A DNA stretch of 64,000 nucleotides from an uncultured delta proteobacterium (GCA_963745035.1 CAVUVW010000011.1:192001-256000); one strand, 5' to 3'. Shown: positions 45,979-57,098, numbered from the stretch's first letter. Numbers and translations are program-made. The notes: generated from the sequence alone by a model not told the origin.

Positions 45979-45994
45979 CCGGTTAAGCAATCGA

Positions 45995-46708
45995 TTACTT
46001 ATCGCTGACCTCGACCGTCATGGCGACAGTCGAGCGTATCTCGACGGTTCCCGGTTCGATCGGCGTCGGCGCCGAGGCGGCTTCGGCTCGCGCCGCCATG
46101 GCCTGACGGAAAACCGGTTGCACCGCGCGCTCGCCTTCATTGACGGCGGTGATGCGGACGATCTTCAATCCCAGCGAGGAAGCGATCGCTTCGGCTTTGG
46201 CCTTGGCTTTCGCCGTTGCCGTCTTTAACGCTTCGAGCTGCGCCGACAGTTCATCTTTCAAAGTAAACACCAGCCTCTGAACATTGTTGGCGCCGGCTTG
46301 CATGGCGCCATCGATCAACTGGCCGACGAGGTTCAAGTTCGTCGTCTTGATGCGCAGCGTGTTGCTGGCGGTGTAGCCGACAATCTCGGGTTTCCCGCCC
46401 TGCGGGTAGCGGTAGTTCGGCGCGAGGGAATAGCCGCTGGTTTTTACCTCGTCGCTTTTGCCGAGCTGCTTTTTGACTTCGGCGAGCACGCGCGCAAATC
46501 TTTCGGCGTTTTCTTTGGAGGCTTCGGGAGCGGTGCGGGCTTGGGTAACCACTCCGATGTCGATCTCGGCCTGGTCCGGTTCGGCGGAAATCACGGCTTC
46601 TCCGCTGACCGTTATGGACGGCGGCCTGGGCCGATCATTTGCCTGCTGAGCATGAGTCGTTGACCCGAGTAACAGAATCATGCCGAAAATCGCCAGAAGT
46701 TTGCTCAT
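45995..46708 (-). CDS. SIMPL/DUF541 periplasmic protein
   Basis: ITVSGEAVISAEPD, AGAN and PIEPG. Confidence 0.9.
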   Translation of the reverse strand: MSKLLAIFGMILLLGSTTHAQQANDRPRPPSITVSGEAVISAEPDQAEIDIGVVTQARTAPEASKENAERFARVLAEVKKQLGKSDEVKTSGYSLAPNYRYPQGGKPEIVGYTASNTLRIKTTNLNLVGQLIDGAMQAGANNVQRLVFTLKDELSAQLEALKTATAKAKAKAEAIASSLGLKIVRITAVNEGERAVQPVFRQAMAARAEAASAPTPIEPGTVEIRSTVAMTVEVSDK

Positions 46709-46948
46709 AAAATTCCTCGGACCGCCGCGCTCGTCTCAAGGCTAGCGCAAAAGTCTTTGTTTCGCACTACAGAGCCGCGGTGACAATCGGAGATTTAGAC
46801 GCCGTGGACGTGAAAAAGTTCATCTTCGCCATCTTGTTTTTTTGTCGATCGGCTGCGCGACGCATCCCTCGCCGCGAGCGGCGAAAGGGCGAACAAATCC
46901 AAACGATGACGGCCGCCTTGTTACAGCAGGTTCGTCTCAGCCGGGCCA

Positions 46949-48298
46949 GTGATTCAATTGCATGTGCAGATGTATCCCTGCTACACCGATGATGTGGAGA
47001 CGGCAGCTCGGAGTGAACAGCGATTCAAGAATCCCGGTATTTTTTACGGCTGGTACATCGTCGGCGTCGGCTTTCTCGCCAATGTCGCTTCATCATTCGC
47101 GCTCGCCAGCACGCTCAGCATATTTCTCAAACCTTTGACCGCGGAGCTGGGCATCTCGCGCGGCGTGTTTTCTTTGTTGCGCTCGGGCGAGGGCATCATC
47201 GCGGCCTGCTTGGCGCCGCTGGTCGGGACACTGGTGGACCGCTACGGCGGGCGCTGGCTCATGGTGAGCGGGGCGGCGATCGCGGGCGTCGGTTTTTTGT
47301 TTCTTGGCTACATCGAGAATTTCGTTCAATTCACGGCGGTTCGCTTGACCTTGATAACGTTTGGCGACGTGTTGATGGGCTACATGGTCGTCAACGTGGT
47401 CGTCGCGCAATGGTTCGTGCGCATGCGCGGGCGCGCCTTTGCGTTCACGAGCATGGGCGTCGGTTTCGCCAAGGTGTGCATGCCGATCCTGGCGGCCTGG
47501 CTCCTGGTGTCGGTCGGCTGGCGACAGACCTGGATGGTGTTCGGCGTGCTCACGATGGCTTTGCTGGTGCTTGCCGGCGCTGCTCGTGGTGCGGCGCACG
47601 CCCGAGGATATGGGGCTTCGTCCCGACGGGGCCGCTGAGCCGATAACAGATACCGATCCGTTCGCGCGTGGCAAAAGAACCGGGCATGAGTTCTCGGCGC
47701 AACGATCCGGACACGCTCTGGACTCGCGCTGAAGCCGCGCGCACGAGCGCGTTCTGGTTGCTCGTCATCACGTTCGGTATTTCCAGCGTCGGCGTGACGG
47801 GGCTCAACCTGCACGTCTATCCCTACGTCACCGATATCGGTCATTCGCCGGTCGTAGCCGCCACCGTGATGAGCGTGATTGCGTCGATGCAGCTCGCTTC
47901 GCCGCTCGTCTGGGGATTGGTCGCCGAGCGCATCGACCCGCGCATCGCGGCCATGCTGCGCTTTGTCGTTCAAGGGCATCGGTCTCGCACTGGCAATCTC
48001 GACCAGCAGTCTGATTTGTCTCTATGCGGGATTTTTTCTCTACGGCATCGGCCTAGGCGGCAATATGGTCTTGCCCGATCTCCTGTGGGCCAACTATTTC
48101 GGCCGCCGCTCGCTCGGAAAAATTCGCGGCATGGGGTTGCTGATATCGCACTTCCTCGCTGCTTTGGGCCCGCCGTTTTTTGGTTTCTTGTTCGACATCA
48201 CCGGCGGCTATGGCCTCTCGTTCGCGATCTTCGGCGCGGCTTTGGCGACTTCGGCGGTGCTGAGCCTGATGCTGCGGCCGCCAAGGAAAACGGAATGA
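46949..48298 (+). CDS. MFS transporter (frameshifted; start uncertain)
   Basis: FYGWYIV, GTLVDRYGGR, WFVRMRGRA and NYFGRRSLG. Confidence 0.85.
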
Positions 48299-48382
48299 GG
48301 TGATGGAGTGTTGGAGTAATGGAGTATTGGGGAATCCAATCCGGAACCAACACTCCACCACTCCAGTACTCCAACACTCCAA
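48298..48382. repeat. GGAGT-octamer hairpin element
   Basis: tggagtgttggagtaatggagtattgg ... ccaacactccaccactccagtactccaacactcca. Confidence 0.85.
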
Positions 48383-48453
48383 TCTTTTCCGCCTTGCCGC
48401 CCATTGCAACTTTTTGATAGGAAGGGAGCAATTCGCAGAGAAAGGATCTCTCC

Positions 48454-49449
48454 ATGATCATTGACGTTCATAATCATATCGTTGCCGGCGAGCAGCTACA
48501 GACCTTTCAGGCGGGGCTGATCAACAGCGCTGGATTCCACCGGCCGCGCGGCGCGGTGGTGACGGAAAAGCATATCCAGGAAGCGAAGTGGCACGGCCAC
48601 CGCCATTCGGAAGTCTTGGGCGAAGTGGGAACGGATTACGCCTTTATCTCCCCGCGGCCTTATACGATGATGCATTCGGCCAAGCCGGAAAAGATCGTGC
48701 ACTGGTACTGCGAGGCGGTGAACGATGCGCTCGCGCTGCAGGTCAAGATGGAGCCCAAGAAATTTCGCGCCATCGGCGGTCTGCCGCAAAACGGCGGCGT
48801 GCCGGTCACCAACACGTTCGATGAGATCGATCGCTGCATCAACGATCTGGGATTTGTCGGCATTATGATCAATCCGGACCCGGGCGAAGGCGACGGGCAA
48901 ACGCCGGCCATGGGCAATGAATACTGGTACCCGCTTTACGAAAAGATGGTGAAGATGGACATTCCCGGACTCGTGCACGCGGCGAGCTGCAAGAACCCGC
49001 GCGAGTCGTTTCACGGCCATTTCATCACCGAAGAGAGCATCGCGATTCTCTCGCTCGTCGATTCCAAGGTTTTTCAAGATTTTCCCAAATTGAAATTGAT
49101 CATTTCCCATGGCGGGGGCTCGGTGCCCTATCAAGTCGGGCGCTGGCGCTCGCAGCTCCGCGGCCCGAACGATACCGAAACTTTTGATCAGCGGCTGAAG
49201 CAGCTCTACTTCGATACCGCGCTTTACAACGTCGAGTCGCTGAAGCTGCTTTTTCGCATCGTCGGGCCGGAGCGCTGCCTCTTCGGCACCGAGCGGCCCG
49301 GCGCCGGCTCCAAGACCGATCCGCGCACCGGCAAGTGGTACGACGACGTGCGGCCGAACATCGAAAGCATCCCGTGGCTGAAGACGGAGGACAAAGAAAA
49401 GATTTTTCAGAAGAACGCCGAGCAGGTGTTCAGCCGGTTCAAGCAGTAA
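48454..49449 (+). CDS. Amidohydrolase-2 family, LigJ (4-oxalomesaconate hydratase)-like
   Basis: MIIDVHNH, SPRP, INPDPG, WYPLYEK, SHGGGSVPY and FGTE. Confidence 0.8.
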   Translation: MIIDVHNHIVAGEQLQTFQAGLINSAGFHRPRGAVVTEKHIQEAKWHGHRHSEVLGEVGTDYAFISPRPYTMMHSAKPEKIVHWYCEAVNDALALQVKMEPKKFRAIGGLPQNGGVPVTNTFDEIDRCINDLGFVGIMINPDPGEGDGQTPAMGNEYWYPLYEKMVKMDIPGLVHAASCKNPRESFHGHFITEESIAILSLVDSKVFQDFPKLKLIISHGGGSVPYQVGRWRSQLRGPNDTETFDQRLKQLYFDTALYNVESLKLLFRIVGPERCLFGTERPGAGSKTDPRTGKWYDDVRPNIESIPWLKTEDKEKIFQKNAEQVFSRFKQ

Positions 49450-49458
49450 GCGGGAAGA

Positions 49459-49487
49459 TGTGGAGTGATGGAGTAGTGGAGTATTGG
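49459..49487. repeat. GGAGT-octamer left arm only
   Basis: tgtggagtgatggagtagtggagtattgg. Confidence 0.7.
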
Positions 49488-49536
49488 GTCGATTCTCCGC
49501 AGCTCGCTGCATTAAGTAAATCGGCTATCCGAAGTC

Positions 49537-49569
49537 CGTCATTTCCGCATGTCTTAAGCGGGAATCCAG
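49537..49569. repeat. GTCATTCCCGC-type REP-like half element
   Basis: cgtcatttccgcatgtcttaagcgggaatccag. Confidence 0.5.
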
Positions 49570-49618
49570 GCGGACTCGAAATTGGACGCCCGACCCATTA
49601 ATTGATTCAATAACCTCG

Positions 49619-50878
49619 ATGTCGCCAGAAATTGTTAATCTGGACTTTGCCGATCTCACGCCCGACCAGCAGGTAGGCCGGCTCAAGGATCAATTCGTTT
49701 TATTGCGCGGCCAAGACGCCGTCGTGCGGGCGCGAGTCGGCGAGTTACCCGTGCGCCAGTATATCTCGATGTTGGAGCGCGGTTATCGAATCGGGCTGGA
49801 ACGAGACGGCGAAAGCTTCACGCTTGTCCTTCGGCCCGACGGCTCGACCCCGCGTTTGGGCCTTCGCGGCGCGCATTCAGTGGTGAGCCACGCTGACGGG
49901 CGCGTCTATACCAATACGAGTGACAATCGGATCGCGGTCATCGACGCCTCGACGCGACAGGTGCAAAGGCATATCTCATCCGGCGACGATCCGTCGCATT
50001 TGGAATTGTCTCATGACGGCAAACGGCTTTACGTCGCCAACAGCGGCTCCAACGACGTCACGATTATCGATACGACGACCGATCAAACGCTTGCGACGGT
50101 TTCAACGGGAAGGCGGCCGCTGCTTCCGTGCGTGGCTGCAAATGGCAAGTCGGTCTATTTGCCGAGCGGGCCGGACCGGAATGTGACCGTGCTCGGAAGC
50201 GACGGGGAATTTCGCGCAAAAGTTCCAGTCGGGCTCGCGCCGCACGACATCGCCGTTTCCCCTGATAGCCGTTGGGCCTATCAACCCAACTCCGGCTCAC
50301 ACACGGTAACAGTCATTGACGGTTTGAATTACTCCGTGGCCGGCGAGATCACAGTCGGTCTCGGACCCGGGCACATCGCCTTCGACCCGGAGAGCCGCTA
50401 CGCCTATGTGGCCAACACGGTTTCGAATGACGTGACGGTCGTCAGGACGAGCGATCATGAAGTCGTGGCGACGATTCCCGCCGGCAAAGGCGCGCATCTT
50501 CCCGCGCTCAGCCCGGACGGGCGCTACGGCTATGTCGCCAATTTTGCGTCCGACGATCTGACGGTATGGGATTGCGGCGATCATCGCGTTGTCGCCACGA
50601 TCCGTGTCGGGATTTATCCACACTTCTTCGCCATCAGTCCAGATGGAAAGTGGATAGTGGTGTCGAACACAGGTGAATCGAGCATCTGCCTGATTGACGC
50701 CCACGATCACGAAACACGAGCACGACTCCCAGTCGGCGCCGCCCCGGCGCATCTCGCTTTCACCTCAGATAGCGAGTTGGCTTTCGTCGGCTGCGAGAGC
50801 ACGGATGAAGTGGCCGCGATCGACCTGCGAACGCAAACCGTCGTCGAGTTGATCAAAGCAGGAGAGGTCGTTCCGTGA
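49619..50878 (+). CDS. YVTN/YncE beta-propeller with a short N-terminal DUF2249-like domain
   Basis: Repeated YVANSGSNDVTxID and SPDG blades. Confidence 0.85.
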   Translation: MSPEIVNLDFADLTPDQQVGRLKDQFVLLRGQDAVVRARVGELPVRQYISMLERGYRIGLERDGESFTLVLRPDGSTPRLGLRGAHSVVSHADGRVYTNTSDNRIAVIDASTRQVQRHISSGDDPSHLELSHDGKRLYVANSGSNDVTIIDTTTDQTLATVSTGRRPLLPCVAANGKSVYLPSGPDRNVTVLGSDGEFRAKVPVGLAPHDIAVSPDSRWAYQPNSGSHTVTVIDGLNYSVAGEITVGLGPGHIAFDPESRYAYVANTVSNDVTVVRTSDHEVVATIPAGKGAHLPALSPDGRYGYVANFASDDLTVWDCGDHRVVATIRVGIYPHFFAISPDGKWIVVSNTGESSICLIDAHDHETRARLPVGAAPAHLAFTSDSELAFVGCESTDEVAAIDLRTQTVVELIKAGEVVP

Positions 50879-51015
50879 TCTGGTTTGCCAATCTCCCGTG
50901 ATCCCTTTTTGAAGTCCTCGGTCGACGACAAACCGACCTAGTATCTCGGAAAACTTTATTCCGAGGCGGTTTTGGTCTAAGAGGTAGAGAACGCAGCGAA
51001 GGACTCAACTCCCGA

Positions 51016-51813
51016 GTGAAAATAACTCCCGCCCTCGAACTTCGTAACGTCTCCCACGAAGCGAACGGCAAGCAGATTCTCGAGTCGATCAACTGGGTGG
51101 TTCAACCCGGCGAGCACTGGGCGATTCTCGGTCCCAATGGCTCGGGCAAAACGACGCTCGTCAAAATTGCCAGCGGCTATCTTTGGCCGAACCGCGGCGG
51201 CGAAGTTTACCGCAAAGGCAAGACGCTGACCCATCTTCCCGAACTGCGAAAAAGCATCGGTTGGGTAACCGCTTCGTTGGCGGGCGAAATCCCAATCCAT
51301 GAAAAAGCTCTGAACACCGTGGTTTCCGGGAAATTCGCCCAGATCGGTTATGTCGGTGGAACCTGGGGCGAGGCGAGCCGTTACGATTACACTTGCGCGC
51401 GGCAATATTTGAAAGAGCTCGGTTGCGAGCACGTCGGCGAACAGTCGTTCGGCACACTGTCGCAAGGCGAGCAGCAAAAAGTTCTCATTGCGCGGGCGCG
51501 CATGACTAAACCCTATCTGATCATACTCGATGAGCCGTGCGCCGGCATGGACCCGGGCGCTCGGGAAAAATTTCTCGCGGCGCTGAGCAAAATCGGCCGG
51601 CAGAAGAGAATTCCGGCGCTTATCTATGTGACGCATCATATCGAAGAGATCCTGCCGCTGTTTCGTAAAACGCTGGTGCTGAACGCCGGTAAGGTGCTCT
51701 ATTCGGGGCCGACCGGCAGCGTTCTCAAGGGCGATGTGTTGAAAAAATTGTATGGAGTTTCTTTGACGATGATCAAGCGCAAGGGACGTTATTGGCCGGT
51801 GACAAAAAAATAA
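51016..51813 (+). CDS. ABC ATP-binding protein (ModF/YlmA-like)
   Basis: GPNGSGKT, LSQGE, ILDEPCAGMD and VTHH. Confidence 0.9.
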   Translation: MKITPALELRNVSHEANGKQILESINWVVQPGEHWAILGPNGSGKTTLVKIASGYLWPNRGGEVYRKGKTLTHLPELRKSIGWVTASLAGEIPIHEKALNTVVSGKFAQIGYVGGTWGEASRYDYTCARQYLKELGCEHVGEQSFGTLSQGEQQKVLIARARMTKPYLIILDEPCAGMDPGAREKFLAALSKIGRQKRIPALIYVTHHIEEILPLFRKTLVLNAGKVLYSGPTGSVLKGDVLKKLYGVSLTMIKRKGRYWPVTKK

Positions 51814-51826
51814 GAGAACCCGAGCA

Positions 51827-51856
51827 AGATTTATCCCTACGGGCGAAATGACAATT
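51827..51856. repeat. TGTC/GACA-family REP-like half element
   Basis: Reverse complement matches 24355-24384 at 26 of 30 nt. Confidence 0.7.
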
Positions 51857-51937
51857 TGAGCCATTTGGACAGCCGCTTCTCCGGCTTTGAACCTCGAACC
51901 TTGCGACTTTGACGCCCGCATCCTTCGTTAATCGCAG

Positions 51938-53411
51938 ATGGCGCCGCCACAAGAATCATCATCATCACCCGGCCGCAGTCGCTGGTGGTCGCTGTCGGTT
52001 GCTTCGGTGGCGACTTTGATCGTCACCTTGGACACCGGACAATTGAGCATTGCTTTGCCTTTGATCATCCGGGAGTTCAACGCCGAGCTCGCGCTGGCGA
52101 GTTGGATGGCGCTCGTTTACGCTCTGATCACGGCGTCGCTTTACCTGCCTTGCGGAAGAATGTCCGACCTGTTCGGTCTGGGAAAGTTATTTCTCGGCGG
52201 ATTTATTTTGTACTCGCTGAGCTCATTCGCCGCGGGGGCCGCCCAAGGCGCGGGGCAGCTAATTTTTTGCCGCGCGCTTCAAGCCGCCGGCAGCGCGCTG
52301 ATCATGGCGAACAACTTTGCCTTGGTCACGGCGCTGTTTCCGCCGGAGGAGCGCGGCCGGGCGATGGGTATCGCCGGCGGCACGATTTCCGCGCTAGGAT
52401 ATTCGCTGGGCCCGGTGATTGGCGGCCTGCTTACTCATGCTTTCGGTTGGCGCTCCAATTTCTTTCTGTCCGGCACCCTGGCATTGGCGGGCTTTGCCGC
52501 GGCGCGCGCGCTGCTGCCGCCGGAGAGTTTTCGCGGCTCGAATCAAAGAAAGGAGCCGTTCGATTTTGTCGGCGCGCTCAGTTTCGCGTTAGCCATTTCG
52601 GCGCTTCTGACGGCCCTGGCTTTGGCGCAAAAAGGAGAGTGGCAGGATGCCTTAGTCGTGCAGCGTGGCTCTCGGCGGGGCCGGCGTGCTGGGATTTTTC
52701 ATCTGGTGGGAAAAACGCATCGACTACCCGCTGCTCGATCTCGCGATTTTTCGTATTCCCGCGTTCACCCTCGGCAACGCGGCGCGATGGTTGAGCTTCA
52801 TCACGATGAGCGTCAGCAACTTGCTGATGCCATTTGTTCTGCAGCTCGGCATGGGCCTCGATCCGCTGCGCACTGGGATTCTCGTGGCGCCGACGTCGGT
52901 GGCGATGGCGCTGCTGGCGCCGCTCACCGGCTGGATGTCGGAAAAATTCGCGCCCGAGCGTCTCTGCGCCGCCGGTCTCGCGGTGAATGGCGTAGCGCTG
53001 ATTTCTCTCAGTTTCCTTGCCCCCGATTCGAGCGCGATGGAAGTCGTCTTCGGATTGGGCCTGATGGGCGTAGGAATGGGAATTTTTCAAACTCCGAACA
53101 ATAATCTGCTCATGAGCTCGGTGCCGCGGCACCGGCTGGGCGTGGGATCGTCGGTGTTATCGATCGTGCGCAGCCTCGGTTACTCCATCGGCGCCACCCT
53201 GGCCACCATGATCGTCAGCTATTCTTTATTGAGCTCGACGGGAGCCGCGTCATTGCAGAGCCTCGCGGTCGGTTCAGGTGCCGGTTTCGATGGGCTCGTG
53301 CTTGCCGCGTTCCTGCGCGGGTACCGTTACGCATTTCTCACCGCCGCGGTCGTGGCATTCGCCGGCGCGCTGATCAGTCTCTGGCCGGCGCGCCGGGATG
53401 ATTTCAATTGA
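51938..53411 (+). CDS. MFS drug:H+ antiporter, DHA2 type (frameshifted)
   Basis: GRMSDLFG, ERGRAMG, GPVIGG, PLLDL and FQTPNNN. Confidence 0.87.
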
Positions 53412-53424
53412 TTCCGCCGATCGG

Positions 53425-54733
53425 TTAAAGCTTTGGACTGGACGGCGAGACGCAGTCCGCGGATGGCCAAAGCTGCTGGAGTCGCGCGAGTAACCCGACG
53501 AATAGAACCAGGAGGATCAGCTCCAGAACGAGTGGAACGATCTTCCACCCTGCGAAGACGAGAAGAATCGGCAGGAACACGCTCACCGCCACCCAGCCGG
53601 CGAGAGCAAGATCGTGAGAAACAATTTGCTTGGGCACGGGACCGTGATTTGCCAGCAAGAGGACGCCCGCCGGGAGCAAAACGCAGAGATCGTAATAAAG
53701 GAGGTGCGGCAGGGTGAGCGAGCAAAGCAAAACCCCGATGATGAGCGCGAGCGAGATCCATGTTCCATCGGCAAGCTTGGCGCGCGCGAGCTTCAGAGCG
53801 TAGCCGAATCCCACCAGCCAAAGCAGCGCGGCGCCTAGATAAAGCGGCCATTTGACCGCCGCTCTCAGCTCGGGCGGGAAGAGAATCATCAGATTGGCCG
53901 GCAAGACCGGTGATGAGGTGCGTCGGGATGCCGTGCAAGCCGCTGGAAAAGATCGAATCGCTCACGCGATGGCTTTGCAGCCAGCGCAAGGTCAGCTCCG
54001 GCGAAAAGAACATGACCGTCAAGCCCAGTAGAACGATCACTCCCAGCGCCATTCCGGCAAACGTGCGATAGCGGCCCGTGAGCGCGAGCACGAGCGCGAC
54101 GAAAGCGGCGGCGAGAAAATACTGCGGCTTAAGCAGCAGGAGCGACCAGACAAACCCCGCGGCGAGCGGCCATTGGCGCAGCAGCAAGAAGTAGCCGGCG
54201 CAAAGCGGCGCGACTCCGAACGCGAGACCGAGCTGCCCGGCCCAAAGCGTGAGGAAGACGGGGAAGTACAAGGAGGCAAGAAAAAAAATCTCGCCGGGTT
54301 TTCCCGATGTAACCTGGGCGAGGAGCCAGCAGGAAAAGGCCAGCGCGAGGACGGAAAGCGCTTGCCAGATCAGCAATGAATAATTTGGTCCGGCCAGGCT
54401 CAGCGGCGCAAAAAAGCCGGCGACGAGCGGCGTGTACATGTAGGCGCCGGTGGATCCTTTGGGTAAATGCGGCAGGAACTCGTGAGCGGCTTTGTCGAAT
54501 GGAGAGTTTACAAAGGATTTTGCGTCCGGCTCGGGATACAGCTCAGCGCCCCGCCCGGCCAGCACCAACTGCCCGGCGACGTAAAAAGTCATGATAAAAT
54601 CCGACTCTTGGAAGCGCTCGCGTTGGGAAAAAAGATTGTTGTCGACGAGGAAAATCCATGTGGCCACGGTCCAGACGGCGGCGACGAAAAGCGCGGCGCG
54701 GACCAAACGCGAAGACGGTGGAGTTTCCGCCAT
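53425..54733 (-). CDS. GT87/DUF2029 membrane glycosyltransferase (frameshifted)
   Basis: DFIMTFY, YMYTP, GQ, LKPQY and PHLLYYD. Confidence 0.8.
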
Positions 54734-54767
54734 TCGAGAGATAGATCGTCAGGCTAAGAAAATCTGC

Positions 54768-55514
54768 TCAGTGCTCGCTGACGCCGATACGGCCGATGAA
54801 CGGCAGTCGAAGGGCCGGTTTGGCGAAGTCGATGCCGAAATTCAACCCGAGCAAATTGAGCTCGAAGCCCTCTTCGCGGCCCATCGCCACGCCGAGGAGA
54901 CCCAGCATCGAAACCTGATAACCGGTGCCGCTGGGCGTGCAATCGAGCAGCGAGCCGTTGATCGGATAGTCCTTGCCGATCGCCGTCGCCGGCAAATCCA
55001 TGCGCAGCTCGGGCGTCTGGCGGCCGATGTAGGCCATAAACGTATTGCTATTCGGACCGGGCCAGACCTTGTACTCGTTGGCGTAGGGATAACTCGCCAC
55101 GGCTTCGAGTATTTTTGGTATGGCCCCGGCGGCTTCATCGCCGCTTAGCTCGGCCACCAAAGTCGGCTCGTTGCCGAACCAGCGGGCATCGGGAATGCCG
55201 GGCGCGGAAACCACCGACGAAAGACCGCGGTACAGGCGCCAGCCGATCACTTGATGAACCAGATACTCCGCCGCGTTCTCGGGTTTGGTCGCGATCCACG
55301 TATGAACGCCGAAGATACCGCGCCAGTTGAGCGCGCGGGCGTGGTAAACCTGCACGATCGCTTCGGGAGTATTCTCCGCGCGCGGCGCAAGGCCGGCGCT
55401 GGAGCGATCGGCGGTGCGAAAATCGCGGCCCAACGGCGCCTGCCCGGAAAGCACCGTGTAGAGAGGCAGGGCAACAAACAACAAGAGGCAGATGAGCAGC
55501 ACTTGAGATCGCAT
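54768..55514 (-). CDS. DUF3750 protein
   Basis: [19 protein letters not shown] and [10 protein letters not shown]. Confidence 0.88.
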   Translation of the reverse strand: MRSQVLLICLLLFVALPLYTVLSGQAPLGRDFRTADRSSAGLAPRAENTPEAIVQVYHARALNWRGIFGVHTWIATKPENAAEYLVHQVIGWRLYRGLSSVVSAPGIPDARWFGNEPTLVAELSGDEAAGAIPKILEAVASYPYANEYKVWPGPNSNTFMAYIGRQTPELRMDLPATAIGKDYPINGSLLDCTPSGTGYQVSMLGLLGVAMGREEGFELNLLGLNFGIDFAKPALRLPFIGRIGVSEH

Positions 55515-55662
55515 GGCGATGAGCTTGCCGCGGATTATAGCTCAGGGCACGGGCCAACTCCAGACGGCCTGCGCCGTCTATTTTGCCGCTCGGTTTTCGC
55601 TTATATTGCATGTCGAGGCTGTTGGAGTGATGATACGAGCGGCGCATTCTTCGGCCGCGGCA

Positions 55663-56141
55663 ATGGATATTCGCATCGGACATGGCTTCGACGTGCACCG
55701 TTTTCAGCGCGGGCGAAAACTGATTCTCGGCGGCGTCGAGATCCCGCACGATCGCGGCCTGGCCGGCCATTCCGACGCCGATGCCGTGCTGCACGCGCTG
55801 ATCAACGCCATTCTTGGGCGCGCTCGGCGATGGCGATATCGGCGCGCATTTTCCTGACAGCGACCCGCGCTACAAAGATATCGCGAGCGGCAAACTACTG
55901 AAGGAAACCTTGCGCATCATGCGCCGCCGGCGGTTCAAGATCATCAACGCGGACGTGACCTTGGTTGCCCAGCGCCCGAAGCTGGCGCCCTATTATGGGC
56001 GAATGCGGCAAAGCGTCGCGCGCCTGTGCAGGGTTGCGGAAGGCCGGATCAATATCAAGGCAACGACTACCGAGAAGCTCGGCTGGGCGGGCGCCGGCAA
56101 AGGGCTTGGCCGCGACTGCGGTGGTTTTGCTGGCTCGGTGA
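55663..56141 (+). CDS. ispF: 2-C-methyl-D-erythritol 2,4-cyclodiphosphate synthase (two frameshifts)
   Basis: [23 protein letters not shown] and [12 protein letters not shown]. Confidence 0.93.
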
Positions 56142-56209
56142 GCGCCGTTTTCGACCGCGGTTTGTTGACATTGAAAAATTTCTATAATAATCAACGACTC
56201 TAATCTCAT

Positions 56210-56560
56210 GTGACATCCGATCCTGCCAAACCAGCGCCCGAAGCGCGTGAACAAGAGATCGAAAGGTTAGCTCAAGAGCTTGGCCGTCTGATTCAGGGCG
56301 CCGACCCTGAGCGACGCGAAGATCTCAAAGAGCTTGCGTTCGCCCTGATCCGCGAGGAGTTCATCCACAAGGCCGGCGACGAAAGCAGCGCGGCGGCAGG
56401 TTCGGCTCCGGCGCCGTTCAATCCACTGGGCACCGGAGTGTTGATATTCGTTTTGGGAGCGGGCTTGTCGTTTGTGTTCGGTCCGGTAGGGTTGGTGTTG
56501 ATGCTTGGCGGGATCATTTTTGTAGTCTGGGGCGCCCTGATTAGCTGGATTAAAGGATAG
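56210..56560 (+). CDS. Hypothetical membrane protein
   Basis: Helical N-terminus and two C-terminal TM segments. Confidence 0.6.
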   Translation: MTSDPAKPAPEAREQEIERLAQELGRLIQGADPERREDLKELAFALIREEFIHKAGDESSAAAGSAPAPFNPLGTGVLIFVLGAGLSFVFGPVGLVLMLGGIIFVVWGALISWIKG

Positions 56561-56566
56561 GCAATT

Positions 56567-57087
56567 ATGGCAGAGCCTGAGAAAGAAAAACGCGGTATCT
56601 GGTCGCGGCGGGATTTTTTTACACGCCTCGGGTGGGGCGGCTTCGGTATCTTTGGCGGGCTGAGCTCTGTTCGGATTTCTCCGATCAGCATTCCCGCGGG
56701 TATTATTCCAACCGCCAGCTACTTTTAAGGCCGGTCTGCCGGGCGATTACGCGCTCGGGCGAGGTCAGCGAAAAATACAAGCAGGACCAGCGCGTCTGGA
56801 TCGTGCGCGAGGACACCGGCTTCTATGCGATCTTCGCCAAATGCACCCACCTGGGCTGCACGCCGCGCTGGCTCGCCTCGGAGAACAAGTTCAAGTGCCC
56901 CTGCCACGGCAGCGGCTTCTTCAAGTCCGGCCTGAACTTCGAAGGGCCGGCGCCGCGGCCGCTCGACCGGTTCCAGATCACCGTCGGTGAGGACGGCCAG
57001 TTGGTCGTCGATAAGAGTAAAGTATTCAAAATGGGGCCGGGGGGCGAGCCCGACGAGCAGCATGCCGAGAGCATCCTCAAAGTCTAA
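56567..57087 (+). CDS. Rieske [2Fe-2S] subunit (QcrA/PetC-like; frameshifted)
   Basis: SRRDFF Tat motif, CTHLGC, CPCHGSGF and GPAPRPL. Confidence 0.92.
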
Positions 57088-57098
57088 CGGATAAAACA

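Noticed and set aside
56165-56188. Consensus sigma70 promoter TTGACA...TATAAT before the Rieske operon
   Set aside because: Spacing is only 12 nt; a promoter is likely in this AT-rich patch but this pairing is not valid.
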